Part shown: positions 1 to 16,726 of the stretch, piece by piece
How positions within the stretch are numbered: position 1 is the first letter of the stretch
Layout: each line of letters opens with the position of its first letter
Assembly: GCF_009914755.1 (NCBI RefSeq)
Contig: NC_060925.1
Origin: the human T2T-CHM13v2.0 reference genome, Homo sapiens
Length of the DNA stretch: 64,000 bases
Reading direction: 5' to 3' (one strand)
The notes under the pieces: model-generated
What the model saw: the letters and a program-made list of their open reading frames with translations, nothing else
What the model was told of the DNA's origin: nothing
Databases searched by the model: none
Position numbers and translations under genes: made by a program

Positions 1-2591
1 TATGACCCTTGAAGGAATAAATTATTTGTGTCCAACTTTACTTTTCAATACAGGACATTGCTACTTTGCTTTGTAATCTTTTTTTTTTTTTAGTACTTCC
101 GCAGCATTAAGGGAATATTGACTCTGTTTCTGACATTGTGCAAGATTACAAAGTCCAAAATGGAATGGAACCAGTTATAAGTGAATGGCAGAATGGATCA
201 TAGGTGTTTTTTAAAGGCTTGGGTGAATGAGTTATTAGATCACTGTACATATGGGACTGTCACAATTATAGAGATGAAACTGAGGCCAGGGGCTGTTATT
301 ATTGAAAAGTTCCATGGAGCAGGTGGGGCTGGAGAGTCGGGAGCCAGGAGCAGGAGGAAATGCATTTCAGGTATGAAAGTGGGCAGTACGGTTTCTCAGA
401 GGTGGGAGTAGATAAATGTGTACAGGTTGGTGTCCCATTTGGGGATTAGCTAACTTCAGCTGGAAAAGTAATAGAGACCTTAGGGGACGTGGATATTAAA
501 CTCTGGGGAAGGGAGGTTGGTGGAGAAGAATGTGAGCAAAGTCACCCTGAAAGATGTTGGCAGCATCACCAGCGCCCACAGAGCAGCTAAGAGCCGGCAT
601 GTGTGAGGCTGGAGAGGTCCGCTGGAGCTTACAGGAAGCCAGCCTGCTAAATTAAGGTGATAAGTCAGGCCATAATCCTATTTTTGGTTGTTTCTTATAA
701 GAAAAACAACTCACAAAACAATTACTGATGTTCCCCCCAGATAGTTTATCAGAGCATTTCTTCAAAGGACTATGACCTGATAAGAGACACATAAGTTTTA
801 GAGCAATGATGGGAATTTTAGTTGGTTTTCTATGGAAACAAGGTTTATGCAATCATGTGATCTATTCATCGGAGTCCTATTTTCATTACCATTTATCCCA
901 CAAACAAGTTTCAGCGGAAACAGTAGTATGAATCCCAGGAAGCCTAGTGTCATACGTGGCTCATAAATAATTGGGGAAGGTACCTTTGTTAGCCCATCTA
1001 GGGAGGGCCACAGAGGTAGCAAGGTGGCATATGCTGCCCAGTGGTACCCTCAGGGACCCCACATTCCAGCACCGAGTTAGCTCACACCACAGGCTGAAAG
1101 GTAGTTATCATGCAGCAGGATGTGACTTTGGGTCATTAGAAAACAGCAGTGATGAGGCAAGCTCTGCTTTCTGTCCAGTATGTTCATTTAAGGCATTTGG
1201 GCCTCAAGACAAAGAAGTGTGAAAACTGAGCACATAATCAAGTGTTGGTGACCCCTCTTGAGGTTTTCCCAAGTACCCCTCCCACCAGTCCTTAGAAACG
1301 ACTGGAAGATAGATGCACACAACACCTTCTTTGGTTTATATATTTGTCTTGGAATTATTTCCAGTTATTTGATTCTTTGGATTTCAAGTAAAGCCTCATT
1401 TCCTCAGTGAAATGAGGACATGTTGGACCCAGGAGCGCTGCCGCCTACAGCATGGGCCAGCCTGCGTCAGCTCTTGGTGATGGGCTGTCACTCAGCCACC
1501 TTCCTTGAGAGCACAGCCATCGGTTTGTGATGATCTGTTTATTAGGATGAGCATTTGTGTGTCTCACCCAACCGTAAGCAGCTCGAAAGCAGGATCATGT
1601 CTGTTTTTGCTTACCCCAGCATGTAGGAACTTGAATCTTTGAATAATTGAATTAATGTATGTGCTTAGAAAAATGCCTATAAGGTGTGTATATTATATAT
1701 ATTTAAAATTGTGGACGTTAAGTTATAACAGGGGCAGAAGATATCTATGTGTCCTTTTTACTATCTTTCTTATGTGTGCTTATTTATCTTCTTTTGTTTG
1801 GAAAGAATTGCGTGTGACTTCATTTCTAAGACAGGTTTTTGTGGTAGAGTAGGAAAAAATGAAATCTATACATGTTAAAGAAGGGGTGAGAAAAGTCTCC
1901 ATTCTTCTTCCTGTGGATTTTCTCGTTTTTTTCCTTGGCAGCTTGGGTGGAAGACAGATGACTCATGAGTTCTCATTATTGTTTCTCCACTGCCTCCACC
2001 CCTTCCCTTTGCAGGATTGATACAACCGTTTCCACCCCAGAATGGCATAGGCTCCCTTCTTGGGCTTCGTCCTGGTTGGTCATAGTCTAGAGAAGCAGAC
2101 TTCTTCAGTCCCAGTGTATGCGTCGAGTGCCTCGTGGCTGGGTTCATTCAAACCATGGATCATCTGCTTGTCATCACTGTTCTAGGGAGCAGCCCACACT
2201 GAGCCACATCTGAGCAAAGGGGCAGTAGTACTGCCGCCTGTAGCGTGGGCCTGGTCTCACTGGGTAGTTAATAACCACTATTTATTATCTGCCCCATGTC
2301 GAGCATTATTCTGGATCTGGGGGCACCTAAAAACATAGATCGACACAGTCCTTTGACTCCTCCAGCAACCAGTCTAAATGTGGAGGATGACACACACACA
2401 GGAAGAGAGGTGGCATGGACGAAGTGTCATCCAAGGATTGTTAAACGAAAGGGGAAACAAACTGAACATTAAAGAAAAGGGAGAGCATTCTGGGAGTACT
2501 TTAGGCAGAGGTGTTTTTGCAGAAAAGGTAAGTATGATCCCCTGTACCTGTTTATATCACTACCTATGTCTCGTCTCTACCTGTGCATGTA

Positions 2592-2892
2592 TTTTTTTTT
2601 TTTTTTTTTTTTTGAGACGGAGTCTCACTCTTTTGCCTAGACTGGAGTGCAGTGGCACAGTCTCGGCTCATTGCAACCTCCGCCTCCCAGGTTCAAGCAG
2701 TTCTCTGCCTCAGCCTGCCGAGTAGCTGGGATTACAGGCGCCTGCCACCACACCCGGCTAATTTTTGTATTTCTAGTAGAGATGGGGTTTCAGCATCTTG
2801 GCCAGGCTGGTCTTGAACTCCTGACCTCGTGATCTACCTGCCTCAGCCTCCCAAAGGGCTGGGATTACAGGCGTGAGCCACCACACCCAACC
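2592..2892 (-). mobile_element. AluS-family SINE, full length
   Basis: Poly-T followed by gagacggagtctcactc...gattacaggcgtgagccaccacacccaacc; short direct repeat tgcatgta on both sides. Confidence 0.95.
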
Positions 2893-3594
2893 TGCATGTA
2901 GTTTTAAAGGCATTAGTGCCATGTCTGGATTGGGGACTTTTGTAAGGATCCAGAGCACCCAGATAGTTGGTTTTTACTAGCCCCAAAGAAGAGTGTAAGT
3001 AAAATTGATGAGGTGAGTTTTGGGGTTTAGAATCCTGAGATTGTGTCACTTCCCAAGGTGCTGAGAACTGGTCCCTTGATTGATGCTGTGTGTCACAGTT
3101 GCCCCAGCCACATGCTCTGCGCTTTCTGTATTGAGCCTGGTGAAGGGCTATTTTTGAAAATTCACTGATGAAGGGCTGTTTCTGAAATTAATGAGATTAT
3201 GTACTTTTTGTTAAGCCCCTGGATGACGATCCAAAGATCAATTCTGGCCCTAACATTCCAGAAGCTCATTGAGATAGGAGTGATCACAGTCACTGCATCA
3301 GCAGGCATGCTGCTGGGCTGGGGGTGTGGTGATGAGCAGTCCCTCCAGAGTCTCACAGGGAGGCTGACAGGCAGTTGGCTCCAGGTGATCGTGGTGGCAA
3401 GCAGACCCGCAGTGGGCACCTTCTAAACTCTGCCTGAGCTGGGGGCTGAGGTGGGGAAGGATCAGGAAAGCCTTCAGCAAGCTGGACTCATTTGAACTCA
3501 TTAAGTCTTGATGATGAGTAGGTTTTTGTCTGGCAGAGAAGGGGTGGGTAGTTTACTTTAGGCAGAGGGAAGAGCACAGAGAAAGCGATAAACC

Positions 3595-3893
3595 AGCTGT
3601 CGCAGTGGCTTACACCTGTAATCCCAGCACTTTGGGAGGCTGAGGCGGGCGGATCGCTTGAGGCCAGAAGTTCGAGACCACCCTGGCCAACATGGTGAAA
3701 CCCTGTCTTCGTTAAAAATACAAAAATTAGCTGGGCATGGTGGCACATACATTTACTCCTAGCTACTCGGAGGTTGAGGCATGAGAATTGCTTGAACCCA
3801 GGAGGCAGAGGTTGCAGTGAGCTGAGATTGTGCCACTGCACTCCAGCCTGGGCGACAGAGAGAGACTCCCTCTCAAAAAAAAGAAAAAAAAAA
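3595..3893 (+). mobile_element. Alu SINE (old S or J subfamily), full length
   Basis: cagtggcttacacctgtaatcccagcactttgggaggctgagg..., A-rich linker, right arm, A-tail; degenerate TSD gataaa(a)cc. Confidence 0.95.
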
Positions 3894-5202
3894 GATAAAA
3901 CCATTCATAGGAGGATATTGGTTTTTAATAAATGAGGAAGACTTTTTGCAGCTAGTGTGGAGGGTTGAGTTGTAGGGTCATTTAGAGGGAAAGGATTGAG
4001 ACTGGAGAGAAAGTCCTGAGTGTAAAGAGCCTGTGTGTCACCTGAAGGAGCTTAAGTCTAACATCATAGATGAATTTGTCTGTTTTTTCCTGATTCTGCC
4101 TTCCCTAAAAAGCTGGAGGTCCCTCCTTTCCTTTATTTACTTGATGTTTTAAAAGGTCCTCATCTTATTGGGGACTCATCTCCTTCCAACTTTTCTATAA
4201 GTCAACATACTGTTTCATCTTTATCGACTCTGACGCTTGGCCAGGTGTTAGCTCATCAACTTTCCGTGATGATGTGGTTCTGCACACAGTAGGCGTGCAG
4301 CAAAAAAATACTGAATGAAGGAATGAAGTATCAGACTGTAGTTAAAGTGTTCCTTAAAGGGCATGTGAACCCAGAGTCTTTTTTAATTTAATTCCCTGCA
4401 AGCCAAACTGTTAAACAACACTGTACTCCTTACTGAGCCTCATCAGGGAAGCTCGGCATAGACCCCTCATCACCCATGGCTTCTAGCACTGTGTCTACAA
4501 ATGAGAAGGGCAGGCTTAAAGTGTTGTTGGGGAGGAGGGGTGGATGAGGCAAAGGAGGAGCAGACAGTGGATCTAGGGAACAGTCAAATAACGGGAGAGA
4601 GGACAGAGCTGCCCAAGGAAGGGAGTCGGGTTGGTGGGGAGTTTCCCCAATTATCTCAGGTGCCTTTTATGCTCATATGCAAGTTTAAACACAATATGAA
4701 TCTCCCATTCTCTTAAACTAGAGGCTAAAAAGAGGACCAGGTGTTCACACAGAACTTGGCAGATGATGTTGGCCAGTTTGAACGTGGAGAGGATTGAAAA
4801 TGGCTGAGCAGGGAGGGATGCTGAGCGGTGCTTGGGCCTCTAGCAGCTGCTAATTTTATAGAATGCGCTAAAATAAACCTTGTGGATAGATCTTGCCTCA
4901 GCCTTTTCTATCTCTGGTCCTTGGACAGAGAATTGTTTAAGTCATTTCATGTTTATTGAGTTATTTTGGTTAATCATCAGTACAGATTGCCTCTAAGTGG
5001 TTTTTGCATCTTTTTTTTATTATCGCTTGGTCACATAACTTCTCGGAACCTCAGTTTCCTTATTTAATACTCTCAAGGTTGAATATTAAATCATATGAAC
5101 AGGATTTGCAAACTATAAAGCAATGCTATGCATGTAAGGTGTCTTTTTTTTGCCAGTTACTGAGTCTTTAAGGGCAAATTGTCTACTCAATACTTGGTTT
5201 AC

Positions 5203-5760
5203 TGTGTTAGGATTCCATTAGGGAAGCAGAACCCTTATAAATATTGTGGAATAACACATGTATTAGAGGAATTAGACCTTACACAATTATGGAAGGAGTT
5301 GGAGAAGTGAAGGCCTAAAAAGGAGAGTTAAAGTATCAAGGAAAAGTCACTAGTCAGCTGTCTTGAAGCACTGGCAGGTGGACAAGTTGAAGCGTGAAGA
5401 GGAATCTGGAAACCAGGCAGAGTGGGCTGGTTTAGGGTTCTGAAGAAGGGTAATCACTTAGCCCCGAGATTGCAGCCAAGCATCTAGTGGTCTTGGGGTC
5501 ATGTTGGTCCATAAGAATAGCATTTGGGAAGAAAACAGAAGCAGAAAGAGCAAGGACAAACGGGTGTCTACTAGCACCTTCACATCTGTCCCACACTGCC
5601 TTTAACCACGAGCCATATACCAAAGTAATGGCTGCCGCTTGACTTCCATCTCCCAAATCTGACATGAAGTTCTATTTTGTCCAACCCTAACCTGGAACTA
5701 CACAGATAAGAGGATTCTGGGATATGTAGTTCCAGCTTAGCCAGGTGACAAAACCTCACA
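5203..5760 (-). mobile_element. Ancient ERVL-type solo LTR (LTR40/LTR41-like; subfamily uncertain)
   Basis: TG...CA termini (tgtgttagg...cctcaca); contains aaccctaacctggaactacacagataagaggattctgggatatgtagttcc, which resembles ERVL LTR ends. Confidence 0.55.
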
Positions 5761-5973
5761 ATTTCATAATGTAGAATTAAAGGTTTGACATGGTTCTGGC
5801 CTCCCAGGATCTCTCAAAGGCCACAAAACTGGAAGCAATGTCATAGTTATATGATCTAGTGCTTTACTAGTAAGAAGGAATTCAGTTAGTTAATGATCCA
5901 GTCTTGAAGAAGTACCGTGCATTTTTGTTCCTCACTTGTTGGTGGCACTGTATGTCTTTCTGCCTTGCTTACC

Positions 5974-6266
<293 letters not shown>

Positions 6267-7354
6267 TGCAGGAGGTAATGGTTGTCTTGGCAGCAAAAAC
6301 TAAGAAAAGTTGCATTGACTTTGAAGAGCCTGTCAGTACTGATGAAATGCAAAGTCTTTGTCGCCTCCTTTCTAATCTTGTTTGATTTGGAGAACATGCG
6401 TATGAAGGCTGAAAGAAGATTTCCAGATATAAATGGCAGGATAGATAACATTAGAGCCAGAACTGCCATGTAAATGTCAATTAGAAACAAGATTTAAGTC
6501 TCTGGACCACCCTTCTTACCCCCTGTGGCCTGTTGGTCACACTGCCCCTTCCTCGTGTTTCTGTAGCCAGGCACAGGCTAACGAGGACTCAGAGAGTGCC
6601 TGCTATGATAATTTTAGCCCCTGGAAAAAATAACAGACTTTGTGAGATTTAATGGCCACACCTGGGCCTTGTCATCACTTAGTATTCTTTCACCTTTTTG
6701 ATTGTCAATTCTGATATTTCCCTCTGTGACCACAACCTCCTTGCTTTACTCCTTTCAGATTCCCTCCTATCTGTTGAACCTATTCTTCATCCTAATTGTG
6801 ATTCCCTGATTTTGAACATTCTTCCTTTTCAGTCCATCAGGCCATTCTCACTTTACTTGGCTCTGAATCCAGGGTAGACTCTGGTGGTCAGCATTTCAGC
6901 AGTGAGCTTGTTAACAACCTGGGACCCTCTGTCATATTTCTTTGCCAGACCTCACATTGTATTACATTTCAGTAATTCACACCAATCGTAGTTTGTAAGC
7001 CTGAACTTTATTATCTTGCTGGGGAAAATCTCAAAGTCTGCCCATCTGAGATTCCAGCAAAGTCCTGGCATCTTTACCGCAGCTCAGCTCTCCTTTGTGT
7101 TCCTTTTGTGATGGTTTCCTATTATATTTCTTCTGATGCTTATTCTAAACCTTTGTCAGGATCTTTAGCATCTGAACTCCTTTCTACTATTTTACTGAGA
7201 CAATAGAGACCAAAGAAACCTCAAGCTTTTGCCTCAAAACTTTTTAATATTTTTACTCCTTTTCTCTGTCTAACCTGAAAAAAAGTAAGGGCTCTATCTT
7301 TGGCTCTTTTTCCTCTCTATGTGTATTCTTTCCCCAAGTGACCCCAGGCAACCT

Positions 7355-8272
7355 GTGGCTTTAAATACTCTGTGTGTGCTGATGACTCTCTAGTGAGTAT
7401 CTCCAGCTTGGACCTCCCCACTGAGCTCCAGACTTAAACATCCAGCTGCCTACTCCACTGCACTTCCACTTGGTGTCTGATAGGGACCTCACATTTAAAA
7501 TGACCAGAAGACAACTCTTGCTTTCCTTGGTACAGATTTGCTTCCCTCTAATTACTTTGCTGTCTCAGTAAGTGGCATCACCCTGTATGCCAGATGCTCA
7601 AGCCAGAAGCCTAGATCATTCTTGATTGCTCTCTTCTTCATTCCCCACATTCAAAAAGTCAGTTTGTCTTTTCATTCATACACAAGTTAAGTCCTGAATC
7701 TGACTACTCCTGAGAGTCACCACCACTGTCAACCAAGGCCGGTGTTCATCAGCTTTTGCTTGGTCTACAGAAACTTCCCCCATGCTGGTGTCCTTGCTTC
7801 CAAATTGGCCCCATATAATCTGTCTTTCCCACAGCAGTCAGACTGAAATTTCTACAAAGAAAGTAGGCTCTATCGTTTTCTCGTTGATGTGCTTCCCATT
7901 TCAACCAGAATCCAGGGCCCCTGCCCCCTCATTCATTGTGATCAGTCACAGTGATCTTTTTTTTCTGTACTTTAAACACCCAAGCTTGCTCCATCACAGT
8001 GCTTTTATATTTGCTGTTCTGTGTCTGGAGCAGTTTTGCCCCAGAGCTTCAATCACTGTCTCTTCGTCATTCTGGTCTAAACTCAGACATGACCCTCTCA
8101 GAGAGGCCTTTCCTGACCACACTTCATATTGTCATATTTTAACTGAATAGCATTTGTCAGTGGGTCTACTTCATCACTGTCTCTTTCCTAGAACACAGTT
8201 TTCTTGCAGGCAGGGACTGGTGGCCATGTGTCCCCAGTGCCTAGAAGGTGCTTTGGGGGACTGACTGGCTGA
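7355..8272 (+). mobile_element. L2 LINE 3' portion
   Basis: tggctttaaatac...gctgatgactc...tgagctccagac...tccagctgcctact; later cagagaggcctttcctgaccac and gcagggact...ccccagtgcctaga, which are L2 motifs. Confidence 0.75.
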
Positions 8273-8389
8273 CTTTGCAGGATGAACCCCCTGCTTGCTG
8301 CTTCAGTGCCTTTTTCATGGTTGTGCCTTCTCTTCCCTACATCTTTGTTCCTTCTCTCCTGGCTCTTACTTTCCAGATCCCATACCCGT

Positions 8390-9500
8390 CATTGAAAATG
8401 CGCTTTCCTGGAGGTTGCCAGTGATTACTTAGCCATCAGTTCATTTCTCTTTTCTCAGCACCCACCTTCCTTGACTTTTCTGCATGTTTGACATTGTTGT
8501 TCATTTTTTTCAAACAAAGGCATATAGTAGGAGTCTGCTTTAGATATTGTGCAGGATGCAGATATGGGTAGGAAACAGCTCCTGCTTTAAAGGAGCTTGC
8601 AGTCTGCCAGGAGCAAGTAGATGAGTAATGTTCATAAAGAAACAGTAAGTGTTACTTCAAACCCTTTCTTGAAATTCTTGCATCCCTTGGCTGCTAGGGC
8701 ATAAGCCTTTCCTGGTTTTCTTCCTAACTGGTTACTATTTCTTTTTTCTGTGCTGACTCTTTTTCTTCTGCTCATGCCTTAAACATAGGACTTTGCTGTG
8801 GTTTTGTCCCATTCCCTCTTTTCTATACAGTAATCTGTCTCCCGATGGTGTCATCGACTCCCACGTCTTCACTGCTGGGCAGATTTCCTTTTTACCCCCC
8901 ACTCCCTCCGTGCATGTGACTCCACATTGATGTTAGGCTCAAATATCTTCTAGGGGTTTCCATTCCAACTGTCCGGTGGACATTTCTACTGGTCAAAATC
9001 TTACTATAAGAAAATAGATTTCACCAGTGATTAGCTTCCCTTTGGCTTCTGTCTCCCCTCACAGGTCTACCAGTTGACCCTTCCTCTGTTGTGGCTCTCA
9101 GAGCTGCTGCCTTTTGATTCCTGTCATTGCCCTTGTTTTCATTATTATTACCTCTCCCCACCATTGATAGAGGGTCCCTGAATGATCTCTGGGCCTCCAT
9201 GTCTCCTCTCCAGTCTGCTCTTGATACACTGTTTTAGTCACCCTGTCTTCACCACTACCTGCCTGTGTCCCCCGTGGCCCCTTTAGGTCTTTGCTTATGC
9301 TACACCCCTTATCTCTGGTCACTTTCCTCCTTCATGTCTTCTGTTAAACCTCCCCCTCATCCAACCATTTTTCAAAGGCCAAATTCGAATATTGACACTG
9401 CATGAAGCTTTTTATGAATCCCTTTGGATGGAAATGTCCTCATTCTCTTTTGACCCCTGAGGCACCTGTTAGTGCATCTCTTTGATTATTTATATCCTTC
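8390..9500 (+). mobile_element. Degenerate L2 fragments (with a short antisense L2 piece at about 8500-8640)
   Basis: Pyrimidine-rich L2-like motifs such as ccttgacttttctgcatgtttgacattgttg and ttcttgaaattctt; boundaries approximate. Confidence 0.5.
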
Positions 9501-9506
9501 CTTATA

Positions 9507-9742
9507 CAGGTTGAGCATCCTTAATTCAAAAATCCAAAATTGGAAATGCTCCAGAATCTGAAACTTTTTGAGCACTGATACGTTGCTCAGAGGTCATGCT
9601 CGGAGGAAATGCTCGTTGGAGCACTTTGGATTTTGGATTTTCAGATTGGGAATCCTTAACTGGTAAGAATGCAAATATTTGAAAATCTGAAATCCCAAAC
9701 ACTTCTGGTCCCAAACGTTTTGAATAAAGGATATACAGCCTG
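9507..9742 (+). mobile_element. Tigger4a/MER46A non-autonomous DNA transposon
   Basis: TA|caggttgagcatcc...ggatatacagcctg|TA: terminal inverted repeats, TA target duplication and internal aaatgctcc/ggagcactt palindrome. Confidence 0.9.
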
Positions 9743-11317
9743 TATGACAGTTTGCACTGTTCCACACCTCCTGACTCTTAGCATACCATACGTGCCTTAA
9801 AAGAAGATCCACAAGCTGACTAACCTTTCACTCTCACTTATCACCTAGCACAGGGACTTTTTGCTCAGTAGCTGTGTGTTGAATGAGTTATCTTATCTTA
9901 CATTTGTCTAGTGTATCTCAGTGAGGTCTTAGCTGAACTTTTTCTTTTTTTTTTTTTTTAATGATTATAAGCACTGTTCTAGTAGAACCTTATTTGCTTC
10001 TGGATGGGGTTTTGAAGTTCTGCCATATGTGACTTCATTACACATTCTCTGCTGTCTATAGCTTGTTTAATGTGCCTTGCTGCATTTTCATGACTTAGGG
10101 ACTGTCTAGATGAAAGTTGGCATGATCCTTTCCTGTCAGACCTCTCAGTGGCAGACTTGAGGAGACAAAGGTTTTTCATTTGTTGAGTCAGGTACTCCAA
10201 TAAAGGCACTATAAGGTTTTATAAGTTTGACTTTCTGTGCATTCATTTCTAGCTCATATGTGGACTGGGAACTCCATGTGGCAATCCATAGGCCCCGAGT
10301 CTCTCCTAAAAGCCTTGTAAGGACTCGGGAAGTGGGAATTAGGCACCCATTTACAAGGCATGCTGAAAACCATAACCTCTTTAGTTTCAGCATTTCAACT
10401 CACCTGTACCACTGGATTCAATAACTGCTGATACTTATCTTACAAATGGTTCAGATTGGAAAGTCAGATTGTTTGCTTCTAGGCAGCTCAGTGAAATAAT
10501 AAAATTTGAGCAGAAATAGAAACAATTGCAAGAATTTTTAGCAAATATGCTATACTCTGCAGGTCTTGATTTAGAATAATGTTGATGATAACCTGAGAAA
10601 TAAAATCCATTTCCCATGGATATCAGAAGGAGGTGGAAAAGCATAGATAAATGAAGTGTAGTCTTCATTGCCTTGTCTTTCTTAATGATTCCTCATGGTT
10701 GGCAATAGCACTTATTTAAATAAACATTGCAGGAGTAGTTGTTTACTTTGAAGAACTTGCCTTTTTCTACCTGTCCCCATCGATTCCACCTGATAGAAGA
10801 AAGTCGAAGGCATTTAATTACTTTCTTGAGTATTCCAGAGGTAGGGAAATGGTAATCGGGAAACAATTAACTCTTGGTTGTTAATTTTCTACTGCTGAGA
10901 AGTCAGAGCAGAGGACTTCTAAAAGTCCCTCCTGTATGATTTTGGAATAAAGTTCTCTGCACCATTTTTGAGTATAAATATGCGTGGTGTTAAAGTTGGT
11001 ATCACTTAAAATAACAAAGGTAGTACATCAGAAAAATTTTTGAAGAAATTTTTAACAATCCAGTTTCTTCTATTCTCTCATCTGTCTACTTCACATTGAA
11101 AATATATAATATTTCTTCTTTCAGTGACTCATTTCTGTGTTACTTTGCTGCCTATCTTGGTTCCATTGCCCATGGAGAATATGAAATATAGGGAATTTTA
11201 AGCTGTTTCTTTTTCCTACTCAGATTAAAGACAAAAAATCAACAGAGGATGATAATATATAATGCAATTGAAGGCAAACGAAATCCGACCTATCTTTGGC
11301 TTATGCTGCACTATCAA

Positions 11318-11522
11318 GTTTGGGTTTGAGTCCCTCACGTTATAGCTGTTATGACCTTCAGGAGGTTATTCAACTTCTTTGATTCTCAATTTCCTCATAT
11401 CTGTGATAGGGGTGGTAATAGCTACCTTATGGTTGTCTTCTGTGGATTAAGACAATTTGTGGATAGTGCCTGGCTCAGTCAGTCAGTGCATGCCATGTAA
11501 GAAACACTGTACATTATTATTC
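11318..11522 (+). mobile_element. MIR SINE
   Basis: gggtttgagtcc...tgacctt...ctcaatttcctcatatctgt...gtgcctggc core. Confidence 0.75.
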
Positions 11523-11699
11523 TTCCTCTTACTCGATTCTAATATTGTTGTGGAGAGAGACTGGGAGACTTGATAGTAAATCAAACTGAATACATCATGA
11601 AATAAATACTATGAGAAGTGCTTATATGATTTTAGCTGAAATTATGGGGTCTTTGATTAATCAAGTATTTTTTATTCTACCCTCCCCCTCCCCCACCAA

Positions 11700-13990
<2,291 letters not shown>

Positions 13991-14899
13991 AAAAATCTAA
14001 AAGTAGAAATCTCAATTATTGGTCTTTTGAAATTTAAACTCTGCTTACCACCCCCAAATATTTGAGTCAACTTCCAATGAAATACACATACATATACGTA
14101 AACACTGCATGAAGGTGATAGTTAAAGTGCCCTTATTTTGTCTTGGGTATCAAAGGTACTCTGAGGCTGTGGTAACTGCCCCGAGAGGTAAGAGAAACCT
14201 GTGTAGTTCCTGTTTTTTTGAAAGAATGTACAATGGTCCATCAACAGGTATTTTTTTTTCTGGTATTAAATTTTAATGGAATTTTATTATGTGAATTTTT
14301 GTGTCATTGAACAACCCAGTAGTGTCCTCAATAGGACTTTTAAGGCTGATAAATGTTTTTCGTATGAAGGTTTCTTATATTGACTCCTGAAAACAAATGA
14401 AGCCATAATTCAAGATTGTTACTTAGTAGCGGCATTTTTATGGGGAACTAAACTAATACAGTTCAGGTAAAGAAGTGTTTGGGACCTTCAGTTTGAAACA
14501 CTGGTAGAACTTGGAAAAATAGAGGAAAACTTTCTTTTCCTCTTTTTCCCTCAGTTATCAACTGTTACAAAAGGTTTTGACAAAAATTGGCAACATGTGG
14601 CTATGTAGATATTCTTTTTGATTTGAAAAGAGCCATATGCTCTATTTTTTCCAAGTTATATTTATTTTTAAATATCATTAGCTGTTATTTAACAATATTA
14701 CAAGAAATCTGTGCTAAATACCAGATTGCTTGGTGGCAATTTGAAATTCTGTTACCAAAATTTAAGATCTTGATTTGCATGGATGAGGGGACATCCTAGT
14801 TCTGCATGCAAGACAGTGCTCAGGTTTATATCTTTTCGGATTAGAATTTGATCTTTCAAGCATCTGTTCATATCTGCTTTACTTTTCCCAGTGGAGCTA

Positions 14900-16100
14900 T
14901 CATATAGCCAATGTTGAAGGTACTTTTGCAGGTTGAGTTGGAACATGAAGGAAGGAGTACCTAAGTGATCCTAGGGGAGTTGGGGAAGGCTTCACAGAGG
15001 AGGTGGTGCTGCAGCTGCTTCTTACAAGAGGGTGAAGAGATGGATGAGAGGGTATTCCAGGTGATGGAGGCATGAAAGCAGAGGCCATGAAGCACCAGAG
15101 AGTATGGCATTTCCAGAAAGTGAAGAGATGTTTGTTTTGTGGGATAGAAGCATCAGAGAGTGGGAGAACAGTTGGAGATGAAGCTAAAGTGGTATCCATG
15201 AGCCAGATCATGAGTGGTCTTGTATGTCTTTTATTCATTCATTCATTCATTTAACAAATATTTATTGAACAACTACTATTTTACCAGGTCCTGTTCTAGG
15301 CACTGTCATTCAGCAATGGACAAAACAAAAATCACTACTCATATGGAACTTACATTCTACTGGGGAAAAAAGAAAAAGAAAACAAATAATAGTGAAAACA
15401 TAAATGTTCATAAAGTATTTTAGTAATAATTGATAAGGAGAAAATTTGGCAGGAGCAAGAATGGGGATGTGCCACTTTAGGGTGCTCAGGAAAGGCCTCA
15501 TTGAGAAGGTGACATTAGAATATGGATCTGAAGCTGGTGAAGGAGCTAGTGGGATGAATGTCTGAGAGTGTCCTGGGTTGAGGAAATGTGCAAGGGCCCT
15601 GAGGTTGCAGTAGGTGAAACCTTGGGAGCAGAGCATGGCTGGAGTATAGTGGAGGAAGAGGAACAGACAGGAAGTCCAAGAAACAAAAACGGCCAGGTCC
15701 TGTAAGGATTGCCTCTATAAGGATTTCAGCTTTCATCTGAATGAGATGGGAAGTGATTGGAGACCTTTGAACAGAGTAAGATATAACCCAACTTAAATTT
15801 TTCAAAGATCACTTTGCTGTATTGAGACTAGAGAACAAGAATGGAAGCCAGGAGAACAGTAAGGGACACTGCAGTAATGCAGATGAGACGGGTGCTGGCC
15901 GGGGCCAGGGTGACAGCACTGGGGGTGGCTGATGGGTTGATTTTGTCCTATAGGTGATAAGGAGCCATTAAAGACTTGATCAGTGAAGGGACATCGGATT
16001 TGTATGTGGAAAATATGATTTTGGCAGCCCTGTGGAAGGATTGGAGAGTTCAGACAAGGAGATGAATCAGTTTCTAAAGCTCTGATCACTAAGGATAAAG
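14900..16100 (-). mobile_element. Nested L2 elements (younger L2a-like copy at about 15232-15930 inside an older L2)
   Basis: ttcattcattcattcatttaacaaatatttattga (L2 3' tail) at 15232; gaaggcttcacagaggaggtg and ggaaaggcctcattgagaaggtgacatt motifs. Confidence 0.8.
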
Positions 16101-16309
16101 ATAGAGACCTTACAAGGATGCAGTCTCATGCTTGTGGGTAGGTTGTCCACCCTGGCCAGCTTCTTGACAAGGGATAGGAATGGAAAAGATTAACACATTA
16201 GGAAATTCCTCTGTAAACCTAGCCAAGGAAGCAAGGTGAATGACTATGATCAGGTTTATCCTAGAGGTGGCCTGCTCAGCACATAACCGCAGCCCCTTGC
16301 CATAGGCCA

Positions 16310-16430
16310 GGGATCATGAGTGCTGTAAGTACATTTCCTCATTTAATCCTTACCACAGCCCTCAGGGAGGGTGGTGACCACGGTCTCCATTTCACACGTG
16401 AGGAAACTGAGGCACAAGAGGGTTAAGCAC
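16310..16430 (-). mobile_element. MIR fragment
   Basis: ctcatttaatcct...ccatttcaca...gaggaaactgaggcac...ggttaag. Confidence 0.75.
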
Positions 16431-16672
16431 AAGGCTGTTTTGCCTCTAAAGAGTCTCCACCATGATGCTTTCTTCTAGAAGATCTCATTGGGAGATTCAG
16501 AATTGTCTGGTTGTCTCAAAAATTAAATGTAAAAAAGTGATCACCTCATTTCTTTGTGAACTGTGGTAATGATGGCTTCAGAGAATTAGTCACTGCTGGG
16601 TAGTGATATATTATTTCAACGTTCTTTGAGTTGCCAGTGACAGAAATTACCTTTACCTTAAGAAACATAAGT

Positions 16673-16726
16673 AGGCTGGGCATGGTGGCTATAATGCTAT
16701 AATCCCAGCACTCTGGGAGGCCAAGG
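16673..16726 (+). mobile_element. Alu 5' head fragment (about 54 nt only)
   Basis: ggctgggcatggtggct...tataatcccagcactctgggaggccaagg followed by an abrupt switch to THE1 LTR sequence. Confidence 0.85.

Noticed and set aside
2378-3904. ORFs of 60-138 aa containing LECSG..AHCNL or VIPALWEAE
   Set aside because: Standard Alu translations; the same applies to ORFs over the other Alus
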